A stretch of 10,554 nucleotides of DNA from Myxococcota bacterium (GTDB lineage Bacteria > Myxococcota_A > Bradymonadia > Bradymonadales > Bradymonadaceae). A model generated the notes under the pieces. It did not search any database. It had not been told where the DNA came from and saw only the letters and a program-made list of their open reading frames with translations. The stretch is from contig JBNJFZ010000188.1 in NCBI GenBank assembly GCA_051747295.1, forward strand, positions 1 through 10,554. Direction: 5' to 3'. Position 1 is the first letter of the stretch, and each line of letters begins with the position of its first letter. Of the stretch, positions 1-7,280 are shown in pieces. Position numbers and translations under genes: made by a program.

Positions 1-28
1 CGGCCTTTGCTCATTTGCGTGATGGGGT

Positions 29-2257
29 TCACTCACCCGGCTCGGGCTGGCTGTCGGGCTGATCCATCTGCTGGACCTGCGCGAGGAGTTCCTGCAGGCG
101 GGTCTTGCGCTCGCCGTCTTCCTCGCTGTCGACCATCTCGCTGAGCAGCGCCGACAACTGCGGGCTGCCATCGCCGTTGGTCGGGATGTCGACGATCTCG
201 CCGTTGCCGTTCTTGCCCACGACGGTGTCGAACGCGCGGCGGGCCGTCGGGCTCGAGTCCATGAAGCCCTCGACCATCTTTCCGACGGTCACGGACTTGG
301 TGAAGTTCTCGAAGAACGCGTCGTCGCCACCCACAATATTGATATTCGAGGCCTTGAACGCGTCTCCGAGGACCTGCGCCTGGGCGCGAGCGATCTCGAT
401 GGACTTGTCGAGCTTCTCGAGCCCGATGTCGCGCTCGAGTTCGAGCTGCAGGCGGTACTCCTCGTGGTCGAGCCCCTTGTCGTCGAATTGCTTCATCGCG
501 TCGGCCTTCTCGGTCAGACCCGAGGCCTCGGCGGCGAGCTTCTCGCGAATCGCGACGGCCTGAGCGCGCCCGCGCTCCTCTTCGACCTTCGCCTCGGCCA
601 GCCCCTCCTTCTGAGTGGCGTCGGCGTTGGCCTCTTTGACGCGGACTTCGACCATCTTCTTCTCTTCGTCACCGGCCGCTTCCGCGGTCAGTTGCTCGCG
701 GGTGACCTTCGCCTCGGCCAGGCCTTCCTTCTCGATGGCCTGCGCGCGGCTCTCCTTGAGGCGAATCTCGACCATGCCCTGTTCTTCTTCACCGGCGGCC
801 TCGGCGAGCATCTTCTCTTTGAGGACCTTGGCCTCGACCATGCCCTTCTTCTCGTCGGCGGCGGCGTCGGCCTCTTTGACGGTGACCTTCGCGAGCCCGG
901 GCGCGGCCTCTTCGGCCTTCACACCCTCGGCGAGTCGCTGCTTGGACTTGGCGATGCGGTCGGCGGCGTCGAGCTCGGCGTCGGCCTCGGTGAGCTTTTT
1001 CTTGGCGGCGTGCTTGGCGACCTGCTCCTGCGCCTCGGCTTCCTTGATGTCGATGACGAGCTTCTGCTCGGCTTCGCCCTCGGCCTCGATAACCGCGGCG
1101 TCCTTATTGCGCTTGGCTTCGGCGAGGACGCGCGTGTCCTTGATGCGCTCTTCCTCCTCGGCGACCGTCTTGTCGACGGCGACGCGGTCGCGCACGATCT
1201 CGGCGATCTTCTTCTTCTCGACCTCGACTTCTTTGTCCTTCTCGATGCGTCGAAGCTCGGTCTCACGCTCTCGCGAGATCACCTGGAGCTCGCGCTCCTT
1301 TTTGACGTTTTCTTCCTCGACGGCGATGACCCGCTCGCGGTTCTTCTCGGCGACCTGCTCCTCGCGCGTCTTGTTGATCTTCTTGATCTCGACTTCCTGC
1401 TGCGCGTCGAGGTGCGCCTTCTGGGCCCTGGCCTCTTCCTGCGAGGTGATCTCTTCGGCCTGCGCGCTCTCTTTGGCGCGAACGACCGCGATCTCACGCT
1501 GCTGCTTGGCCTCCGCGTCGGCTTCCTGACGGTCGTACTCGAGCAGTGCTTTTTTGGTCTCGAGGTCGTCTTTGCCGATGTCCTTCTTGGCCTGGTTGGC
1601 GAACTCGTTCGTGCGGAAGCTCTGCTCCTTGGTGATCTCGGTGATCTTCCGGATACCCTGCGAGTCGAGGATATTCTCCGCATCTAGGTCTTCGATGGGT
1701 GTCTGCTCGAGGAAGTCGATCGCCGCATCCTCGAGGACGTATCCGTTGAGGTCCTCGCCGATGATCCCGAGGATCTTGTCGCGGAAGTGGACGCGCTCCT
1801 GGTAGAGCGACTCGAACTCCATCTGCTTACCGACCGTCTTGAGCGCCTCGGAGAACTTCGCGGCGAAGAGCTCCTCGATCTTGTCCTGGTCGGACGCACG
1901 CTTGCAGCCGACCGATTGGGCGACGTTCATGACGTCCTGCTGGGTCTTATTGACCCGCACGAAGAACGTGACCTTGATATCCGCCCGGATATTGTCCGCG
2001 CAGATCAGGCCTTCCTTGCCGCGCCGGTCGATCTCGACGGTCTTGAGCGAGATATCCATGAACTCGGCGCGGTGAAACACCGGCATGATAAACCCGCCGC
2101 TGAACGTCACGCCGACGTTCTCACCGGTCTTGTTGATGATCAGCGCCTGCCCCTGGTCGACCTTGATATAATACTTGGTCACAAAGGCGAGTGCGCCCAA
2201 CAGTAGGACGGCGATCACGCCGACCACGACGATGGTCATGACTCCAATTCCAGACAC
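29..2257 (-). CDS. yqiK: Flotillin-like SPFH/band-7 protein (YqiK/FloT family) with N-terminal TM anchor and extended Ala/Glu/Lys-rich coiled-coil repeat region
   Basis: 742-aa ORF with an N-terminal hydrophobic helix (MTIVVVGVIAVLLLGALAFV). The SPFH core is recognisably similar to E. coli YqiK (VTFSGGFIMPVFHRAEF..., RADIKVTFFVRVNKT...), and there is a long charged EA-rich tail. GTG start at 2257 sits 6 nt after a perfect AAGGAG SD (minus-strand sequence AGAAGGAGCGAGCC-GTG). An in-frame ATG at 2239 has no usable SD spacing. Stop TGA at 29-31. Confidence 0.88.
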   Translation of the reverse strand: MSGIGVMTIVVVGVIAVLLLGALAFVTKYYIKVDQGQALIINKTGENVGVTFSGGFIMPVFHRAEFMDISLKTVEIDRRGKEGLICADNIRADIKVTFFVRVNKTQQDVMNVAQSVGCKRASDQDKIEELFAAKFSEALKTVGKQMEFESLYQERVHFRDKILGIIGEDLNGYVLEDAAIDFLEQTPIEDLDAENILDSQGIRKITEITKEQSFRTNEFANQAKKDIGKDDLETKKALLEYDRQEADAEAKQQREIAVVRAKESAQAEEITSQEEARAQKAHLDAQQEVEIKKINKTREEQVAEKNRERVIAVEEENVKKERELQVISRERETELRRIEKDKEVEVEKKKIAEIVRDRVAVDKTVAEEEERIKDTRVLAEAKRNKDAAVIEAEGEAEQKLVIDIKEAEAQEQVAKHAAKKKLTEADAELDAADRIAKSKQRLAEGVKAEEAAPGLAKVTVKEADAAADEKKGMVEAKVLKEKMLAEAAGEEEQGMVEIRLKESRAQAIEKEGLAEAKVTREQLTAEAAGDEEKKMVEVRVKEANADATQKEGLAEAKVEEERGRAQAVAIREKLAAEASGLTEKADAMKQFDDKGLDHEEYRLQLELERDIGLEKLDKSIEIARAQAQVLGDAFKASNINIVGGDDAFFENFTKSVTVGKMVEGFMDSSPTARRAFDTVVGKNGNGEIVDIPTNGDGSPQLSALLSEMVDSEEDGERKTRLQELLAQVQQMDQPDSQPEPGE
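520..900 (-). repeat. In-frame ~120-nt (40-aa) tandem coding repeats, each made of two ~20-aa half-repeats, inside the flotillin C-terminal coiled-coil (about 3 copies)
   Basis: The nucleotide motif GACCTTCGCCTCGGCCA recurs at 584, 704 and 824, with a further copy at 884 (60/120-nt spacing). At protein level KEGLAEAKV...AEAAG.EE...MVE.R.KE... repeats across residues ~454-580. Confidence 0.7.
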
Positions 2258-2306
2258 GGCTCGCTCCTTCTATATGGCGTTCGGCGAGTAGAACCGCCGC
2301 TTGTTG

Positions 2307-3119
2307 CTAATGAGATTGCTTCTCTTTCCGGGCCTTCTCTTGTTCTTCGGCTTCGAGCGCGTCGAAGTCGAACTCGACGTCGTCGCTCTGTTCGTCCTCG
2401 AATTGCTCGTAGCACTCGACTTCGTAGGTATTATTTTCCTGGTCGTAGCCGATAATCAGGGCCTTCGAGCCCCGCGAGAGTTCCTCGTCCGAGTCGGTTC
2501 GCACGGACAGTAGCAGACCGGCGGCCCCATCATCTAGCTTGGCCTGACCGAAATCCTCGTCGACCCGCCCCGAAGTAATCTGGCAGACGCGACCGATGAC
2601 CGAGTGGCCCGCGGTGATCTTCTCGTGGCGGAACAGATCCTTGAGCGGGCTGACCACGAGCGACGTGATCGGCAGCGACACGAGGAAGCTGGCAAGCGTG
2701 TAGCCCACACTCACCACGATGCCGGTGCCCAGGATGTCGCCCAGGTAATACGTCGACATAAACGACAACACCCAGGTCGATAGTACGAGCACGCTCGCGA
2801 TGATCGTGATCGGCACGGTACCGAGCCCCAGCGCGGATGCGACCGAGACCCAGAACGAGCCGCCCGACGTATCGGCGTCGACATCCATGTCGCCGTCCAC
2901 GTCGGCATCCACGTCGGCGTCCACATCGAGGTCGCCGACGTCCGCATCCACATCGACATCACCGAAATCACCGTCGAGATCGAGGTCGACATCCAGATCG
3001 AACAGGTCGATGTCGACCATGCCCACGATCACGAACAGCCAGTACAGGACGATCACGATCAACAGACCGCTAAAAATCGCCGTCGGGAAAGACAGCGCTA
3101 TTTGTAGAAACTCCTGCAT
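2307..3119 (-). CDS. yqiJ: NfeD/YqiJ-like inner-membrane protein (DUF1449-type, C-terminal OB-fold), partner of the downstream flotillin; contains a ~48-residue poly(Asp-Val/Asp-Ala/Asp-Leu) tract
   Basis: The architecture matches E. coli YqiJ: N-terminal TM (FLQIALSFPTAIFSGLLIVIVLYWLFVIV), an acidic loop, further TM helices, and a C-terminal soluble beta-rich domain (HSVIGRVCQITSGRV...ALIIGYDQENNTYEV). It sits 49 bp upstream of the flotillin gene on the same strand, the classic NfeD-SPFH pairing. Start is assigned to the ATG at 3119. The track's 3188 start is TTG and lies inside a candidate -35 element. In an alignment recalled from memory the 3119 start matches the N-terminal length of E. 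coli YqiJ. Confidence 0.75.
   Translation of the reverse strand: MQEFLQIALSFPTAIFSGLLIVIVLYWLFVIVGMVDIDLFDLDVDLDLDGDFGDVDVDADVGDLDVDADVDADVDGDMDVDADTSGGSFWVSVASALGLGTVPITIIASVLVLSTWVLSFMSTYYLGDILGTGIVVSVGYTLASFLVSLPITSLVVSPLKDLFRHEKITAGHSVIGRVCQITSGRVDEDFGQAKLDDGAAGLLLSVRTDSDEELSRGSKALIIGYDQENNTYEVECYEQFEDEQSDDVEFDFDALEAEEQEKARKEKQSH
2871..3014 (-). repeat. Cryptic hexanucleotide-periodic coding tract (GAC-GTC / GAC-ATC type) encoding DIDLFDLDVDLDLDGDFGDVDVDADVGDLDVDADVDADVDGDMDVDAD
   Basis: Direct reading of the minus-strand codons; every second residue is Asp over ~48 residues between predicted TM segments. Confidence 0.8.
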
Positions 3120-3159
3120 GATCGTGGGGCGTTCCCTGAGCTCGTAGTAACTGTGCACG

Positions 3160-3188
3160 GTTGTATGGAAAAACGGCGATTTTAACAA
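3160..3188 (-). promoter_or_regulatory. Candidate sigma70-type promoter for the yqiJ-yqiK operon (TTGTTA-N17-TACAAC on the minus strand)
   Basis: The minus strand reads GG-TTGTTA-aaatcgccgtttttcca-TACAAC-cgtgc. The -35 maps to 3183-3188 and the -10 to 3160-3165, with 17-nt spacing, placing a TSS about 33 nt upstream of the ATG at 3119. It lies directly downstream of the dsbA-like terminator. Confidence 0.35.
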
Positions 3189-3290
3189 CCTGCGTGCTGG
3201 CCGCGCCGAGAGCGTGGCGCCCGGAGCCTGAAGCGTGGGGAGCAGCTGCCACCTCTCTTCGATGCCTCGGGCTGCGCCACGCCTGCAAGC

Positions 3291-3328
3291 AAAAAAAAGC
3301 CCCCGCTCACCGTGAGGCGAGCGGGGGC
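3291..3328 (-). terminator. Rho-independent terminator of the DsbA-like gene (GC-rich 10-13 bp stem, followed by U8 on the minus strand)
   Basis: Plus strand reads AAAAAAAA-GCCCCCGCTC-accgtgaggc-GAGCGGGGGC. The minus-strand transcript would be GCCCCCGCUC...GAGCGGGGGC-UUUUUUUU. It sits 27 nt downstream of the TAA stop at 3355-3357. On the plus strand the hairpin is followed only by TTTCGG, so it is effectively unidirectional. Confidence 0.85.
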
Positions 3329-3354
3329 TTTCGGTGTATCAGGTATCGAGCGGA

Positions 3355-5400
3355 TTACTTATCCAGCTCTTCCTTGATGAGTTGCTCGAAGCGTGCCGGC
3401 GGCTGAGCACCGACGAGGCGCTTGCCGTTGATGAAGAACGCGGGAGTTCCGCGGACACCAACTTTCTGGCCCTGCGCCATGTCTTGCTCGATGATCTTAT
3501 CGTACTCGGGCTTCTGCATGTCCTTCTTGAACTTGGCCATGTTCAGACCGAGCTGCTTGGCCAGCTTCTCGTAGAGGCCGTCCTGCTTGAGCTGCTTCTG
3601 GTTGTCGAACAGAAGGTCGTGCATCTCCCAGAACTTGCCTTGCTCACCGGCAGCCATCGCTGCTTTCGCCGCGGGCTTCGCTGCTTTGTGGAACGGCAGC
3701 GGGTAGTGCTTGAAGGCAATCTTGACCTTGCCGTCGAACTTGGAGACGGCTTCTTCGAGGTTGTCCGTACCGCGCTTGCAGTAAGGGCATTCGAAGTCGG
3801 AGAATTCGACGATGGTCACGGGCGCGTTGGCCGGGCCTTTGACCGGTGCATCGCCAATTTTGAGGTTGGCTTCGTCGACTTTCTCGGCGGGCTTGGGCTT
3901 CTTCGGAGTCGGCTTCTCAGCAGCAGCGGCGGCTCCGGCGTTCTTCTTGTTGATCTCGACCATCGCCTTGTACAGCTCGTCGCCGCTGACGTTCTTGGAC
4001 TTCTTGGTCTTCTCGGCGAGCTTGATCTGCTCGTCGATGACCTGCTTGAACTTGCTGTACGGCTGAGCACCCACGACGTTGACGCCGTTGACCCAGAAGT
4101 TGGGCGTGCCGCGCGCGCCGACCTTGCTGGCCAGCTGCGTCTCCTTCTTGACTTCCTCGGCGAACTTGTCGGACTCGAGCACTTTCTTGAACTTACCGGT
4201 GTTCAGGCCGAGCTGCTTGGCCAGGCCGGTGCCCCATTCGATCATCTGCTGGTCATTCTTGCCCTTCATCTCACTCTGCTTTTCGAAGAGCAGGTCGTGC
4301 ATCTCCCAGAACTTACCCTGCTCGCCAGCTGCCAGCGCGATCTCGGACGCCATCGGCGCCTGCTGGTGCATCGGAAGCGGGTACTGCTTGAACACGAAGC
4401 GGACCTTGTCGCTGTAGTTCTCTTTGATCTTGTCGACCGTCGGGACGACCTTCGTGCAGAAGGGGCACTGGAAGTCGGAGAACTCGACGATCGTGACCAG
4501 CGGGTCCTCTTCGTTTCCGAAGACCGGGTCGTTGGACTCGACCGGGACCATGCTGACCTTGGTCTGCTTCTTCTGAGGCTTCTTCTGCTCGGCGTTGTCG
4601 GCTCCACCGTCGAAGTTATCGGCGACCATTTTCTCGTAGATCTCCGAGCGCTTGACGCCAGCCTGCTGCATCTTCTTGGCTTCCTCGAGTTGCTCCTTGA
4701 CGATCGCTTCGAACGCCGGGAGGCCCTTGGCGCCTTTGACGCGCTCACCGTTGACGAAGAAGTGCGGGGTGCCGCGGACAGCGAGCTCTTTGCCCAGCTC
4801 CATGTCGCGGTCGATGACGGCCTGGTACTTATCTTCGTTCTTCTTGTAGGTCTCCTTGAACTTGGCCTCGTCCAGGCCAATTTCCTTGGCGAATCCAGCC
4901 GCCCAGTTCAGGAATGCGTCGCCGTTCTTGCCTTTCATCGCCTTCTGGTTGGCGAAGAACTTGTCGTGCATCTTCCAGAATGCATCTTCTCCGCCTACAT
5001 CACGCGCGGCCATCGAGGCCTTGTGCGCTGCAGGTGCCTGCTTGTGGAACGCCAGCGGATTGTGCTTGAAGACGACCTTGACGTCGTTCGGGTACTTTTC
5101 CTGGAGCTTCTTGACCGTTTCAGCACCACGGTTGCAGAAGGGACATTGGAAGTCCGAGAATTCGACGACACTGATGACCGCCGATTCTTTGCCCAGAATC
5201 GGGCTATCCCCGACAGGGATTTTGCTGCTGTCATCGAGGTCCTTTGCCCCCTCGACTGCCGAGGCAGCGCCTTGCTTGGCGGTATCGCCGTCGGCCTTTT
5301 GATTGTAGTTACCGACGAGCCATCCGCCGATGAACGCGACGATGGCCACGACGACCATCATCAAGAGTCTCGTTGTGCTATTGTCTGCTTGCTGTGCCAT
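3355..5400 (-). CDS. Membrane-anchored protein with three tandem DsbA-like thioredoxin-fold domains (thiol:disulfide oxidoreductase family), active sites CPFC / CPFC / CPYC
   Basis: 681-aa ORF. The N-terminal signal anchor is RLLMMVVVAIVAFIGGWLVG. Three repeats of ~180-200 aa each contain (V/I)VEFSDF(Q/E)CP(F/Y)C ... F(V/A)FK..PL..H..A ... A..(G)FW(K/E)MHD.(L/F)F ... (V/A)RGTP.FF(V/I)NG..(V/L)GAQ. These are hallmark DsbA/BdbD-type motifs, including the cis-Pro-preceding TP. ATG start at 5400 is preceded by AAGGA about 9 nt upstream. Stop TAA. Confidence 0.9.
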   Translation of the reverse strand: MAQQADNSTTRLLMMVVVAIVAFIGGWLVGNYNQKADGDTAKQGAASAVEGAKDLDDSSKIPVGDSPILGKESAVISVVEFSDFQCPFCNRGAETVKKLQEKYPNDVKVVFKHNPLAFHKQAPAAHKASMAARDVGGEDAFWKMHDKFFANQKAMKGKNGDAFLNWAAGFAKEIGLDEAKFKETYKKNEDKYQAVIDRDMELGKELAVRGTPHFFVNGERVKGAKGLPAFEAIVKEQLEEAKKMQQAGVKRSEIYEKMVADNFDGGADNAEQKKPQKKQTKVSMVPVESNDPVFGNEEDPLVTIVEFSDFQCPFCTKVVPTVDKIKENYSDKVRFVFKQYPLPMHQQAPMASEIALAAGEQGKFWEMHDLLFEKQSEMKGKNDQQMIEWGTGLAKQLGLNTGKFKKVLESDKFAEEVKKETQLASKVGARGTPNFWVNGVNVVGAQPYSKFKQVIDEQIKLAEKTKKSKNVSGDELYKAMVEINKKNAGAAAAAEKPTPKKPKPAEKVDEANLKIGDAPVKGPANAPVTIVEFSDFECPYCKRGTDNLEEAVSKFDGKVKIAFKHYPLPFHKAAKPAAKAAMAAGEQGKFWEMHDLLFDNQKQLKQDGLYEKLAKQLGLNMAKFKKDMQKPEYDKIIEQDMAQGQKVGVRGTPAFFINGKRLVGAQPPARFEQLIKEELDK

Positions 5401-5432
5401 AGAAATGCATCCTTATTGCATTGAAGTGAAAC

Positions 5433-5564
5433 GACTCGCGAGGAGTCGAGCTCTGGACGTGGCCACCCACTGTGGGGTTGCAGCCACGCCGTTATCTTTA
5501 AGATCTGACTGTGCGAGGGTGTACTCGTACGCGCCTCCGAACGCAAGCTGACAGCGTGTCAGCT
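5433..5564 (-). promoter_or_regulatory. Relatively AT-rich upstream region of the DsbA-like gene containing three short palindromes (candidate promoter/operator region)
   Basis: Palindromes seen: CGACTC-gcgag-GAGTCG (5433-5449), ATCTT-T-AAGAT (~5494-5504) and AGCTGACA-gcg-TGTCAGCT (5546-5564). The region is 33-164 nt upstream of the ATG at 5400. No confident -35/-10 assignment could be made. Confidence 0.3.
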
Positions 5565-5649
5565 CGCCAGGGACGGGGGCGATAAGAAGAGTCTTCCCAC
5601 GCAATATGAAGAGGTGTGCATCGAACGCGTCTGCGCCCGGCAAACCCCT

Positions 5650-6321
5650 TTACGCCCGTCGAGGAGGGCGGTCGGGGAGTTGCGAATGACCATCTTCGGG
5701 TCCCACACGGAGGTGAGCCCAGGCGTTGATGCGGCCCTGACCGGGCGCATCGAGTAGGTCGATGGATCGTGTGAGTTCGCGCGCTGCCGGGGCCGATGCA
5801 TCGAGTTGAAGACTCGGAGGCACGGGCGGCAATGCGCGACATTCTTCGGAATCGGTCGAGCACGCGACCTTCGAGTTCTCGCCCGAAGGGGCGGGCTCGG
5901 GGCTCGGCGTGATCGCCACGGTGACCTCGTCAGGCCGCACGTCGTTAGCTTCCATCCGGGCGAGGATGGAGTTGACCACGCTCTCGGCGGTCTCTTTGCC
6001 ATTCGTCTCGATCAGGAGGCGAGGCAGCGTCGAAATCGGCGAGTTTGCCGCTTCCAGACAGACGTTGGAGGCCGGATCGGAGTCGTCGACCGTACAGGGC
6101 GGATCCTCGCCCTGAGCATCCGCTATCTCGGTGACGTTGCTGCCGAACTCACCGTGGTTTTTCAACGGTTCGACGTCGTAGCAACTCCCGTCTCCGGCCG
6201 GAAACAAGAAGTTTCCGCCCGAAGCAAAGCCCATGCTCGGCCACAGAAGCGCGACCGCGAGCAACACGAGCATCCCCGGCCAACGGTTCAGCCGGACTGG
6301 TTGTGAGAGTCGTCGAGTCAT
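5650..6321 (-). CDS. Hypothetical secreted protein (Sec-type signal peptide, Pro/Ser/Asp/Glu-rich, 7 Cys)
   Basis: 223-aa ORF with ATG start. The N-terminus MTRRLSQPVRLNRWPGMLVLLAVALLWPSMGFA-SGG looks like a signal peptide with an AxA-like cleavage site. Codon third positions are GC-rich, consistent with host coding bias. No recognisable domain, and there is no SD before the ATG, so confidence is moderate. Confidence 0.5.
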   Translation of the reverse strand: MTRRLSQPVRLNRWPGMLVLLAVALLWPSMGFASGGNFLFPAGDGSCYDVEPLKNHGEFGSNVTEIADAQGEDPPCTVDDSDPASNVCLEAANSPISTLPRLLIETNGKETAESVVNSILARMEANDVRPDEVTVAITPSPEPAPSGENSKVACSTDSEECRALPPVPPSLQLDASAPAARELTRSIDLLDAPGQGRINAWAHLRVGPEDGHSQLPDRPPRRA

Positions 6322-6479
6322 TCAATTCGTCGTGTTCGAGCGCGCCCGGGTGCCCCGATTGACAGCCGGAACGGGCTAAACATAGGTTGCAGCGTTGAAA
6401 ATGTAGATGACTTCCGGTTCCTATTCAAGATACCCGCGGCGCCGAACGTCAACTCCAGTCGATTCCCTCGCCAGATACG
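6322..6479. promoter_or_regulatory. Divergent intergenic region with a local AT-rich patch; contains TTGACA (6359-6364, plus strand) and TTGAAA (6395-6400)
   Basis: This is the only AT-rich segment between the minus-strand hypothetical gene (start 6321) and the plus-strand GT2 gene. The TTGACA hexamer is a perfect -35 consensus, but the best -10 candidates 16-18 nt downstream (ATAGGT/TAGGTT) are weak. Confidence 0.3.
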
Positions 6480-7271
6480 TTGGCCAGGCCGCGGTCCGCG
6501 ATACAACAGCCCGTACGTGCCCGAATTTATTCCGTGCTCGCAACCTCCACGCCAGATCTCTCGATCCTGATCCCCACGCTCGATGAAGCCGAGTGGATCC
6601 GCCACACCATCGTGACGGCGCGAGCCAGCGCGGCCAAGGCGGATGTCAGCGTCGAGATCATCGTCTGCGATGGAGGGAGCCGAGATGATACGGTGGAAAG
6701 CGCGCGTCGCGCGGGGGCCGACGCGGTCGTCGTGGCCAGCCGTGCCTCACGCGCGGTTCAGCTCAACCTCGGCCTCACGCTCGCCCGCGCAGACACCGTG
6801 GGTTTTCTCCACGCAGACACCCTGCTGACCCCCGAGGCACTCGCCGACTTGGTAGAAGCGCGGTCTCGTGGCTGCGCCGGGGGCTGGTACCAGATCGAGA
6901 TCCTCCCGGAGCGCGGGAACACGATCGGCTCGAACTTCCTGGCGACGATGGCGTGGGGCATCAACCTGCGGACGCGACTATTCGAGACGGCGACCGCCGA
7001 CCAGTTCATCTTCGCGGGCCGCGAGGTCCTCGATGTGCTGGACGGCCTGCCCGAGATCCCGCTCTTCGAGGGCAATCGCTTCGCGCGGATGATGCGCGAT
7101 ATCGATGAGGTCGCGGTGCTCGGTCCGCATATTCGCATCTCGGGTCGGCGCTGGCAGCGCAATGGCCTACTCAAAATGCTCTTTTTGATGTACGCGCTAC
7201 GCATTGCCGAGCGCGCCGGCACGCCCACCCAGACGCTCTACGAGTTATGGTGCGGCTTTTCCTCGAAGTAA
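6480..7271 (+). CDS. Family-2 glycosyltransferase (GT-A fold, ~250 aa single-domain type)
   Basis: Motifs DLSILIPTLDEAEW...EIIVCDGGSRDDT...LHADTLL are characteristic of small GT2 enzymes. Start is uncertain: the track start 6480 is TTG without SD, an in-frame GTG at 6534 would give VLATSTPDLSILIP..., and there is no in-frame ATG near the N-terminus. Stop TAA at 7269-7271. Confidence 0.8.
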   Translation: MARPRSAIQQPVRARIYSVLATSTPDLSILIPTLDEAEWIRHTIVTARASAAKADVSVEIIVCDGGSRDDTVESARRAGADAVVVASRASRAVQLNLGLTLARADTVGFLHADTLLTPEALADLVEARSRGCAGGWYQIEILPERGNTIGSNFLATMAWGINLRTRLFETATADQFIFAGREVLDVLDGLPEIPLFEGNRFARMMRDIDEVAVLGPHIRISGRRWQRNGLLKMLFLMYALRIAERAGTPTQTLYELWCGFSSK

Positions 7272-7280
7272 GACGGATGA

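Noticed and set aside
464-1687. 407-aa and 304-aa plus-strand ORFs (464-1687, 615-1529) and minus-strand 115/134-aa Arg/Ser/Pro-rich ORFs overlapping the flotillin gene
   Set aside because: These are antisense or off-frame shadows of the flotillin CDS in high-GC DNA. Their products are low-complexity (L/G/D- or R/S/P-rich) with no domain signal, and the opposite strand carries a strongly supported SPFH protein.
3186-3188. TTG start of the yqiJ-like ORF as given in the track
   Set aside because: It has no usable SD and lies inside the candidate -35 hexamer. The in-frame ATG at 3119 gives an N-terminus matching YqiJ length, so it is preferred, although this cannot be proven from sequence alone.
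3334-5424. 696-aa plus-strand ORF
   Set aside because: It is an antisense shadow of the triple-DsbA gene. The Leu/Val/Gly-rich product is typical of reverse-strand GC-rich coding DNA.
5413-5643. 76-aa minus-strand ORF in the dsbA-like upstream intergenic region
   Set aside because: It lies entirely in the AT-richer promoter/leader region, with no SD and no recognisable features. It is more likely non-coding regulatory DNA.
6318-6605. 95-aa minus-strand ORF overlapping the divergent promoter region and the GT2 5' end
   Set aside because: It spans an intergenic region and runs antisense into the GT2 gene. Its composition is atypical and it has no start context.
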